Shown here piece after piece: positions 1 to 9,344 of a stretch of DNA of 64,000 bases. Origin of the DNA: Paramoeba atlantica (lineage: Eukaryota; Protista; Discosea); assembly GCA_977017575.1 (NCBI GenBank), contig CDRNVI010000083.1, forward strand, positions 62,001 to 126,000, given 5' to 3'. Within the stretch, counting starts at the first letter, position 1. Each line of letters starts with the position of its first letter. A program made the translations under genes and the position numbers. The notes under the pieces are model-generated. The model ran no database searches and was not told the origin of the DNA. It was given only the letters and a program-made list of their open reading frames with translations.

Positions 1-229
1 TACCACGCGCAAATGTCGGATTTAGTGCTCTGAGAGCAAAAATATGCGAAAATGACCCCATTTTTACCCGAAATTCGGCTATTTTTGGCTATAATCTTTC
101 CGTTTTCCAGGCTAAATTTTCTTTTTTAGGCTCTTCGTTAAACGCGGTGGTGGTTTTCAACTCGGAGAGCGTAGCATGAGTGACTTCTAAGTTGAAAACA
201 ACCACCGCGTTTAACGAAGAGCCTAAAAA
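1..229. repeat. End of left arm of the modular long-TIR repeat plus ~105-bp hairpin module A (123-229)
   Basis: 1-122 matches 24015-24150 and the reverse complement of ~15025-15150; 123-229 is the palindrome TAGGCTCTTCGTTAAACGCGGTGGT.GTTTTCAAC...GTTGAAAACAACCACCGCGTTTAACGAAGAGCCTA. Confidence 0.9.
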
Positions 230-368
230 TTATTCAATTTTACACTATATTATTCAAATTAACACATTTATACTTTTAAGTGCACTTTTTTATACTTTTA
301 CACTCTCAGGTGTTATGCAGCAGTAGCACACACGTTCGTACGCGGTGACATGCCCATTGCTTTTTCTT

Positions 369-471
369 GGTGCACTGAGTATGACAAAATGTCGACATTT
401 CAGAAGGGTTGATTTTTTGGGTATCTTTGGTGCACTGAGTATGACAAAAGGGTGGTGCACTGAGTATGACA
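369..471. repeat. Three copies of 17-mer GGTGCACTGAGTATGAC
   Basis: Copies start at 369, 429 and 454; the reverse complement resembles the TGTCATACT..GCACC array at 28441-28537. Confidence 0.85.
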
Positions 472-1068
472 ATCCAGGTCTATTGGTCTCTCAAATCTAT
501 TTAAACACAAATCCAAGTTTACCAAGGAGCCAGGAAGCATTGTTAGGTCAAGAGATCCACTAAACTCGTTGCGATCTATAAACAAGTCAGTCATATTCGG
601 TGGAAGAGTAGTCAGATCGACCGCCCCAACATGTTCATTTGCACTTAATCGCAGATTAATTAGAGTATGACTTAATGCAGCGGTAGGAAGTTGACCACCG
701 AATTTCGTTACACCAAAGTAAGATGTACGCGCTATTCTGACCACGTGACGTGGACAGAACTCCCATGACAAATTTCCACAAGTTGCAGGCACATGAAAAA
801 GAATTTCAATTACCCTTTGCTCCTTGTCACATACCTCCCAGGAGCATACAGGGGCAGAGGCATTGCACCAACTCGCAGGACGATTCTTCAAGTACTGAGT
901 AAAGACTCGCACTTGATAATCATCTGAGGTGCTTGCAGAAGTCGTTTTGGAGCCGTAGCATCGATGTTTCCTTGGAGGACTGCTAGATGTTGGTGTATCA
1001 TCTGCTGCGTGTAACGTTAGAACGTGAACGAAAAAACCAATGAAGCAGAACAGCAGCATCGTACGCAA
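400..1068 (-). pseudogene. LRR family protein, 3' end truncated by the 17-mer repeat
   Basis: Cys cap (CSWEVCD) and repeats such as VDLTTLPPNMTDLFIDRNEFSGSLDLTMLP; homology to paralog 45078-45897 stops at ~471 where the repeat starts. Confidence 0.75.
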
Positions 1069-1392
1069 AACTTACAAATGGTATCACAAAAATTCTTCTC
1101 TAATAACGAAAAGTGTATCACAGTCGGGAAAACAAACAAAAAAAGTGCGAATGTAAATGAATAAAGCATTCGGAAAAACAGAGAATATTACTATTCGTTG
1201 ATTCCACATGAACGATACCTCATCTCCTTGCAAAGAACATGCCCTCTTTGCCTCATCAAACCCGTTGTACTCCCCTTAACTTACTGCATCGATAATAGCA
1301 ACGCCAAACACCTCAAAAATGCATCCCTGCGTCTTTGTTTCTCACCTGAAATGCCTCTTCACGAGAAGAGGCCCACTCTCCCCCTCGCCACT

Positions 1393-3681
1393 CTACCTGC
1401 GCAATTTCGTCTGAGGGGTCTTCTTCTGGTTCCCAGCCTCCAGATCCACCGGTCGGATCACGCACCCGGGGATTACCTCTACCGGAGGTCGGGTATTCTG
1501 GAACACCGTCATCTCAGTATTCCACTCCCTCCCGAGCGGCATGCGCATCGCTCGGTTGTACTGCTCCTCACTCTCATACGGGTACGGCACCTTATTTAAC
1601 CGGTACTTCTCCGAGACATTCTCCGAGAGCTCGCTAAGGTAGACATGCTCGAGACCCGCATCCCTGCGCTTGGCCTGGAGGACACGCAGCTCGAGCTGCT
1701 GTTTGGCTTTCAACCGGGAGAGACGAGCTTGCTGGATTCGGTTACGCTCCGGAGCTTCCCCTCCCCACTCCCCCCACCCCGGGAGAGCGGATTGAGGGTC
1801 CAGAGGGGTGAGGTCGGATTGCAGTGCCGCAGTCTTTTCTTTTTCAAGCTCACGCAGCAGCAGCTCGTCCGGGGCGAAGGCTGCGGAGATGAGCTGTTGC
1901 TGCTGGGTGGGAGCCGCGATTCGGGTGGTGTTTAAAGAGCGGGTGGTTTGGGGTGCTGAATAAGATAAAGGGTTTTGAGCAGTGTTTGATGAGGAAGTGT
2001 TGGGCGTACTTTTCGGAAAATTTCCGTTTTCCTCGTCTACTAAAGGTCGGGAAAATTTTTTGCGGCCTCCGGTTCGACTGGTCGTGACATGGAGGTCATG
2101 TTCTGTATTTTGAGTCCCGGAACCACATTGTTCCTCCCCATCTCCATGTTTACCATTTTTCCACTCCATCGCCTGCTGCTCCAGTTCCTCCACCTCGCGC
2201 AACATCTCCATCTCCTTCCGCTGCTGTGCTCGGCGCATAAACCCCATTCCTGCGAGTCCCTCCCTAGCATTCTGCGTCGGATCCGACGAAGATTCCACCC
2301 CCAACACAGCCGTAAGACTTTTGCCTTTTTTCTTTCTCCCTCCTGCCCCAACCTCCGCGTCACTCCCCTCCCCATCCAGCAACGCATCCACCAACGCGTC
2401 GGTTTGTTTACTCTCCTCCTCCTCTCGCTGCACCTGTCGCTCTGTTTCATACTCAGCCGAGCGCAGCACCCCCTCCTGCTCCCACTTTCGCGTTAACTCC
2501 TCATGTCTTCTCGCATCTTTATGCATCGCGTCCCGGGCGTTGGCATCCCACGACGCGAACTTCTTCACATGTCTCACCCACTTACTTGTGTTGCGGTGTC
2601 GCATGGTGGCTCTCTCGATCGCACGCAGCCGCTCCATACGCTGCTGCCGTTTCAAGGCCGCGGCATCGGGGTCGATTTCATGCAACCGCTGCAACGCGGC
2701 GTTGGCCGTTTTCTCCTCGTCCCTTCGCCTCATACGGTGGTAGGCACGCGATTTGATTTGATTCATACGTTTTCGTTTTTGTACATTCTGGGACATGATG
2801 CTTTTAAGTTTCGCAAGGTACCCGGCTGTGGGACGGGTCGTGTCCTCTACGGGAGTTGTCATACTCGTACTCGCATGTTTCATAGCTTCAAAAGATAGTT
2901 TTGTCCCCTCCCCTTCCTCATCTCCCTTTTGAAACAAAATATCTTCGCGTCCCCCATCTTGTGGGGATTCCGCACTATCCAGCAACCCTGTGGCCGCGTA
3001 CACCGCGTGCATGCGCTTCTCCAGCTCCGTGGTGGGCTCCAGTGCGGTACTGAGGGCCGCGAGGTTGTGACCGGAGCTCAGGTCCTTGGAGGAGCGTAGC
3101 GGGAAGGTGAGGTGGTCCGCGGTGCGCAGACGACTCACAAAGTAGTTCCACTTCTTAAGGTCCTGGGACACGAGCTCCCGGGTGTGGGCGCGGTCATGGG
3201 CGGCCTCGAGGGTGGAGCTCACGGCGACGGGGCTGGGGAGGACGTGCTCGTCGGCAATGGTTTGGACCCGGGAGGAGGAGGCGTGGGACATGAGGTGGTG
3301 GGACGTTTGCAGGAGTTTGGGGAGGGAGGCGCCGGGGGGTTGGGGGGTTTCGATAGGGTCGGGGCGCTTTTTGAGGGCAGATTTTTGTGTCGGTTTTGGA
3401 GGTGGTGGGGGTGTCGTTTTGGGGCTTGGGTGGGTTGGAGATACGGTTTCGGGTGGATGGGGTTGAGGTAGGAGGAAGGACGGTTTTTCTTCATCTTCTG
3501 AGTGCTCAAATATGTTGTTTTCAATGTTTAAAGAAATGTCAGTGGTGTTTTCTACATTCAAAGAGGACGAGATCTGTTGACGAGGAATCTTTTTTTGTTG
3601 GCGAGGTCGAGAAGAGATTGCTGACTTTTCATCAGTTGATCCACGCTTTCGACGAGAGGACAAGATCTTGCTTCCTGCCAT
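1393..3681 (-). CDS. UTP14: U3 snoRNA-associated protein 14 (SSU processome)
   Basis: Motifs RAIERATMRHRNTSKW, LPGWGEWGG, KYRLNKVPYPYESEEQYNRAMRMPLGREWNT; 762 aa. Confidence 0.9.
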   Translation of the reverse strand: MAGSKILSSRRKRGSTDEKSAISSRPRQQKKIPRQQISSSLNVENTTDISLNIENNIFEHSEDEEKPSFLLPQPHPPETVSPTHPSPKTTPPPPPKPTQKSALKKRPDPIETPQPPGASLPKLLQTSHHLMSHASSSRVQTIADEHVLPSPVAVSSTLEAAHDRAHTRELVSQDLKKWNYFVSRLRTADHLTFPLRSSKDLSSGHNLAALSTALEPTTELEKRMHAVYAATGLLDSAESPQDGGREDILFQKGDEEGEGTKLSFEAMKHASTSMTTPVEDTTRPTAGYLAKLKSIMSQNVQKRKRMNQIKSRAYHRMRRRDEEKTANAALQRLHEIDPDAAALKRQQRMERLRAIERATMRHRNTSKWVRHVKKFASWDANARDAMHKDARRHEELTRKWEQEGVLRSAEYETERQVQREEEESKQTDALVDALLDGEGSDAEVGAGGRKKKGKSLTAVLGVESSSDPTQNAREGLAGMGFMRRAQQRKEMEMLREVEELEQQAMEWKNGKHGDGEEQCGSGTQNTEHDLHVTTSRTGGRKKFSRPLVDEENGNFPKSTPNTSSSNTAQNPLSYSAPQTTRSLNTTRIAAPTQQQQLISAAFAPDELLLRELEKEKTAALQSDLTPLDPQSALPGWGEWGGEAPERNRIQQARLSRLKAKQQLELRVLQAKRRDAGLEHVYLSELSENVSEKYRLNKVPYPYESEEQYNRAMRMPLGREWNTEMTVFQNTRPPVEVIPGCVIRPVDLEAGNQKKTPQTKLRR

Positions 3682-3973
3682 TCAGCAAAAGAAATTAAAA
3701 AAAGAATTCAAGAAAATTATGTAGGGTCAAACTCGATTACAAGGTGTCTTCAAGAACGTGGCTATACAACTTCCTATATGAGAATGTTTTCATATCAGCA
3801 AGAAGCTCAGAAATATTGTTTATTTTTCACGTCGAATGCATTTGAGTGCATGAAAAGTACTAATGCCAGGCAAGAATCAAGAAAGAAATTATACAGAAAA
3901 GATTAAAAAACAAATTTAAAAAACATATTTCAATGACATGTATTATTGCGGACTTACTCACGATATATTCTCC

Positions 3974-5815
3974 TTAATCTGAAGATGTCAATTTAGACGT
4001 CCCTGAGACATCTCTATTCCATGAGGTCCAAATGTCTTCGTTTTCGTTCATCGGAGTCAGCGTTAAAATACGACGCGATCTCTTAGCAGTAGTGTGTATT
4101 TCTTTGCTTCCGAAGTGAATATTTGACACACTCTCTACCGAAGAGCACGGATCTTTTCCAGATAGCTCAACTCGTGATACATCAATATCGCCTGGACGTG
4201 TATTTGAGTTTGTCGGATCCGAGCTGTCCATAGGAAGCGACATGTCCTTACTTCCACTTTTAGGAGAAACCGTCGAATGTATTTGTAGATTCCTTGTTTT
4301 CTTTGAATCTTTCAACGGAGCTATTTGTACAAGATGGTAGCCTCGAGAACTTTTCGTAACGGGTTTTTCTGAGCGCTTCCTCTGATCTTATGCTGTAGAT
4401 GCTGATTCTGTAGGACATACTCTTTTCCCCTTTCTATCGGAAACGCAATGCATTGGAACTTTGGATTGCTGCTCTTTGAGTAAAGTGTTCTGAGCCTGAC
4501 GCAACTCTAGCTTTAGCTCTACGTTGTCTACTCGAAGTGCTGAAAGTTCACTGTCTATATAAATGGCCCGTTCTCTCAACTTGGAGACATCCAGTTGTAA
4601 AATTTGAAGTGATTCTGTTATAATTCGTTTCTCGGTTTGGCATTGAAGCAGATAACACTTTAGTTGAAGATCATTTCGTGCACGGTCTTCACCACAAGCT
4701 AAGTGACATGTCACATCCTGTGCGATTTCTCGGTAGATATCCAAGATTACAGCATTTCGCTGCTCTAACGCATTCACGTACAATTGACCATGACATAAAC
4801 GAAGAAATGAATCCATACTTTTAGGACAGCGGATAGCATGCTGTAGCTCTAGTGAATCAATGTTGAAAGTTTTCGACTGGGTGTATGGCTCCTCAGAAGT
4901 GGCAAGATTCGCAAGTGGCGTGCTCTCCTCATTATGCGCAGAATCGGCGGCATCAGAACTTTCGTATAAATTCATCTCTTTCTCTAGTGCTTTGCTCTTT
5001 ATCAAACGCAGATCGATGAATTTTGCTTTTATAATGTCAACTGACCTTTTTATCTGTCTCTTACGAGCTTCGAGCTCACCATGATTGCTACTATTTCCCG
5101 CAAAGAAAAGCTTGGTGCTTTCTTCCGCTTTCGTAACAGACTTCAAGAAGTTTGAATGAACAGAAAGTAGTGATTCTTTTTCCAAAAGCTCCCTTGCCAA
5201 AAGGTTTCTTAATTCTTCGATTCTAGATTTTTTGTCTGCATATGTGATCTTTGAAGAATTCCATTTGCGACACATCAAGGTGCTTTGGCTTCGTAGGGCG
5301 TTGTTTGCTTCTTCTAGTTCGCAAAATCTATTATTTTCCGAATCTTCACAATTTTTTAAATTATCGTATATCTGTTGGACTTCATCAATATGCTTTTCAA
5401 CTGAAGAAAATCGAACGCAAAGCGCTAAGTCTTTATCGCGCGCTTCAAGGATTGCTAATTCGCTCTCTCCCTTTTTAGTAGCTGCACCTTTTTCATCGCT
5501 TTCGTCGCTTCTTTGGGCATTTACAGCTATGATCTGATCCCCTAATTCACGTATAAGACGATCATGTTCTTTTAAATTTTGTAACAGTCTGCGTTCTGTG
5601 CTTTCCAAAGCCTGTTCTTGCTCGCGCTGATCGCATATCACTTCTTGTAGACGCTCTTGATGTAGCGCAGCTAATGCAGAACTTTGGAAATCCAAAGATT
5701 CCGATGGAAAATGAGAAGTGTTCGGACAATAAGAGTCAAATTCTTCTCTGAGTGTAGTGGATGAATTCGCTTTCCCAAGGCGGCTTTCCAGGCTACTCAG
5801 CGAAGGGGCAAACAT
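3974..5815 (-). CDS. Hypothetical coiled-coil protein; 475-aa ORF (4388-5815) continues in frame past one TAA to 3974
   Basis: Heptad-rich E/K/L/Q composition; manual translation ASTA*DQRKRSEKPVTKSSRGYHLVQIAPLKDSKK joins the two listed ORFs in one frame. Confidence 0.6.
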
Positions 5816-5964
5816 TTGTGGATATATCGGAAATTTGACGAGGCGTCATGCGGTAGATGAAGTAATTCAATTAAAAAACATGGCTATTGGCATCTTTGAA
5901 TAAATTCCAAAAACGTAATTGGGGTCCAAAAACATGTGACTTTTGTATTTAGCACCTTTGTATA

Positions 5965-6724
5965 CAGGGGGTGACACGATAATATGGGGGGGTCAAAAAT
6001 CGTATAAATTGTCCAATTTTGGAAAGTAGCACCGCATTCGAGAGCTCTCTCAGAGATACGTGTCACCTGCTATGGCGTTTCCCGTGCTTTAATTGTTTGT
6101 TATTTTCTATTAAAATACGTTTTCGGAACTTGCAATTTTCTTCAATTTCATCGATTTTTTCGATATTTTAGGTATTTTCCTTCTATTTTTTATCTTTCCG
6201 CCGCGTTATGCCACAGAAACGGGCTTGTTCCAATAACAAGGGTGCAAAGCACCGTGATGGGAATTGTTACAGTCCTCGAGGACAGCTTAAAGTCACCCAC
6301 CGCATATTTTTAGTAAAGAAGTATGAAGAAACGGGGTCCTTTTCTTCCGTTATGCCCCACAAGCTCATTATGCCCCACGAATTGGTCATAATTGCGTTCG
6401 GCGATCGCATCTGGATTGATTTGTTGAAAGGAGAACAGAACAAAACATTTTTAAACACTTTGAAGACTGTTCTAACTTGTATTAAGATTACATTACAAAA
6501 ACATGGAGGTCATTGTGGATACTAAATGACATATTTTTCATAATTTCAAACTTGCAATTGCTGTTTTCAGCCCCTTTGGCATAGGGACCTACCCCCCTGG
6601 ACACGGGAAACGCAATAGCAGGTGACACGTATCTCTGAGAGAGCTCTCGAATGCGGTGCTATTTTCTAAAATTGGACTAGTTATAAAAAATTTGACCCCC
6701 CCCATATTTTCGTGCCACCCCCTG
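5965..6724 (+). mobile_element. Internally deleted Tc1/mariner element with ~125-bp TIRs
   Basis: TA|CAGGGGGTG...CACCCCCTG|TA; TIRs 5965-6088 and ~6601-6724; remnant ORF 6208-6525 has an N-terminus-like RIFLVKKYEETGS and a C-terminus-like CIKITLQKHGGH. Confidence 0.8.
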
Positions 6725-6994
6725 TATGTGCATGATAATATTTTCCAAAACAAGATACAGGGGGGATTAAGTTGTGGACATAAGTTACTTATGTCCCCTC
6801 CATCCGTGAGATGGCAGTTCCAGGGCGTCATGCAGTACCCATGAAACCGCACTCTCCATGATCAAGTGACCTTCGCTTCAAGGGAAAAGAGAGAAAATGC
6901 ACCTCTTTTACTAAAAATTAAGAACAATTCTATTTTTTAACATACTTTTGCTCGTTACCACCTTTTTCGCATTAACACGACTTTTGTTGACATA

Positions 6995-7090
6995 CCGTAG
7001 ACCCCCCAGTAATGGCCCCCCCCCAGTAACAAAGATTTGACCCTTTTTCGGCTGACCCCCAGTAACAAAGATTTGGCTCGGGATTTGGCT
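6995..7090. mobile_element. Fragment of CCGTA-terminus MITE family (as 62079-62384)
   Basis: TA|CCGTAGACCCCCCAGTAA terminus and CCCCCAGTAACAAAGATTTG subterminal repeats. Confidence 0.6.
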
Positions 7091-7163
7091 TCGTAGTTTT
7101 CTGAGGTTTCACCCGAAGCCCCTCCTGTATGTACTCTTATGAACATGTATTCAAAACTCGTAT

Positions 7164-7961
7164 CTAGGATGGCAAATCCCTTTGAATTCCGTAAAAGACA
7201 CCAAATGGAAGTTCCCCTTGAGGTATGTACCTCGTAAAAGAATTTGCCCCCAAATTTAAATGAATACGAATACGTTTTTGAACATTGAGCGCACTTAAAT
7301 CCACCTCCCCAAAAAACATGTTATCATACAACAAAAGTTGTTCCAAAGACGCGGGAAGACAATCCAACGCAACCTCCCCGGTCAAATAATTATTTCTCAA
7401 ATCCAACCGTCTCAGAGAGGCCGGAAGAGAAGACAAATCAATCCCCCCTTTAAAATCATTTCTCGACAACGCGAGGTGTTCCAACGCGGGGGGAAGCACC
7501 GTGAGGTCGACCTCCCCGGAGAAACTACACACCTCCGCGCGGAACACACGCAGCCCCGGGGGTAAGGCCGCGAAGTCCACCCGGCCACATAGCTTCGGGT
7601 GGTGACTTAAGTGCAGCTCACGCAGGGATGGGGGGAGCTGTGACCAGCGCAACGCCCCGGAGAGGTCCCAGTTCATCAGGCGTTCGTGGGTCCAGTCGAT
7701 GGTGTCGACCTCCGGGCGGGTGGGGCACTCCACCCCCTCCCACGTACACACGGACACCGCCCGGGGCGGGGAGAAGAGCCGGAAGAAGCGAGGGGGCTGG
7801 AACCGTTTCCAGGTCGGGTGGCGGGTCTCGAGGCCCCCGGTGAAGCGCCAGAGCAGGTCCTCGGGGGAGAGGACGGAGTGGTGGACTTTTCCAATACGGG
7901 GGTGGGGGGGGAGGGGGGTGTCGGAGGGGGTGAGGGCGTGGAGGGTGGGGGGAAGGAACAT
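7164..7961 (-). CDS. LRR family protein (probable start 7961)
   Basis: RIGKVHHSVLSPEDLL leader, CTWEGVEC cap, about six LPxxLxxLxLxxNxFxGxxDL repeats. Confidence 0.85.
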   Translation of the reverse strand: MFLPPTLHALTPSDTPLPPHPRIGKVHHSVLSPEDLLWRFTGGLETRHPTWKRFQPPRFFRLFSPPRAVSVCTWEGVECPTRPEVDTIDWTHERLMNWDLSGALRWSQLPPSLRELHLSHHPKLCGRVDFAALPPGLRVFRAEVCSFSGEVDLTVLPPALEHLALSRNDFKGGIDLSSLPASLRRLDLRNNYLTGEVALDCLPASLEQLLLYDNMFFGEVDLSALNVQKRIRIHLNLGANSFTRYIPQGELPFGVFYGIQRDLPS

Positions 7962-8265
7962 GGGGGGAGAAAAGGGGAGGAGAGAGGAGGGGAGGAATAA
8001 GAAAATGTGTGAAAGGAGTGGAGTGTGAAGGTTGTTGCAAAAGAACAAATTAATACAACTTCTTTTATAATTTAATTCACCTGCATATTTTTAATGTCGC
8101 AAATGAAATAACTTGACCTTAGTTTTAAGAGTGAGATTGTGGTACGAGGGAGAGCAAAGTTTGTGTCGTGTAGCTCCGAAAAGTGGCTTTGAAAACTAAT
8201 GTTATAGATGATATAGGTAGTTGCATTTTTTCAAAGTATGGAGCTAGTAATACGAGGCCCACACA

Positions 8266-9030
8266 CTAAGTATGTAGACCCAGAGCTTGTCTGGAAACAG
8301 ATTTGTCTATTGTTATGTTTGTTCTATCTATCTTAGTAAAAAGTAAATTTGTCTTCGTAATTTCCCCGTAAAGATGCTCATTAGTAGACAAAATTAAAGT
8401 GCTGAGAGATGAAGGCAAATTTTCAAAATAGACGGCCCCTGAAAAAGCATTATTTTCAAGGTTAACATACGTTAATATTGGCGGTAATTCACTCAAACAT
8501 ATCGCACCAGAAAAAGCATTGCCTTGAAGGTAAAGTTTAAGGAGTTTTGGCGGTAGCTGTGTTAGACATATTTCGCCGCTAAATCCGTTGTTAGATAGAC
8601 AAAGCAACTCCAAGCTGGGGGGAAGACTTGTTAAATCTATTGGCCCAGAAAAATTATTGAACCCAAGATTCAAATGTCGAAGACTAAGCGGAAGACTATT
8701 TAGCGCAATATCGCCACTCATAAAATTTCCGCACGTGTCAAACTCTTCGACGGTGCAGCTAAGATGGGACAATTCTAGTGTCCCAGCAAGTTGCATCATA
8801 CGCCAGGTGATCGATATTTGCGCGCGTTCATTGTATTGTACGCCTCTCCACTCTGATAGTGGAGTGTTCAAACTCCATGAACTATGCCTGTTTTGTAAAT
8901 TCCTTACAAGTCGATCGAGTTCGTACTCGGGAGGTAAATTTTCTAACCGTACTCTTGCTGTACGCACAGTTTGTGTCTCTGCGAAGTCAGCAAGAAAGCA
9001 AATAAAAAGCATGGAGTAAATATTTATCAA
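8266..9030 (-). CDS. LRR family protein
   Basis: ARVRLENLPPEYEL leader, EWRGVQY cap, about six repeats. Confidence 0.85.
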   Translation of the reverse strand: MINIYSMLFICFLADFAETQTVRTARVRLENLPPEYELDRLVRNLQNRHSSWSLNTPLSEWRGVQYNERAQISITWRMMQLAGTLELSHLSCTVEEFDTCGNFMSGDIALNSLPLSLRHLNLGFNNFSGPIDLTSLPPSLELLCLSNNGFSGEICLTQLPPKLLKLYLQGNAFSGAICLSELPPILTYVNLENNAFSGAVYFENLPSSLSTLILSTNEHLYGEITKTNLLFTKIDRTNITIDKSVSRQALGLHT

Positions 9031-9344
9031 TAGTTAGCCATAAGTGAGGATTAAGACCTAATTTCTAGCACTGCATTTCCAGACGTTATGCACAGTATGT
9101 TGCGCGTTCTGAGTATTAAAGATCTAAAGAGTCCCAACAATAAGTGGAGAAACAAGAATACACGAAATGCCTATACACAAAACAAATTCGTAAAATTTAG
9201 AAGTATGGTGACGGACTTGGATCGCATAGTTGAACCCACAAAAGTATACCGTAAAAAAGATGTAAAAAACTCCAAAGATAATACTTGGAGTCAATTTGCG
9301 TCTGAAAAACGAGTAAACACGCCCCCTTTGATGAGTAACCATAC

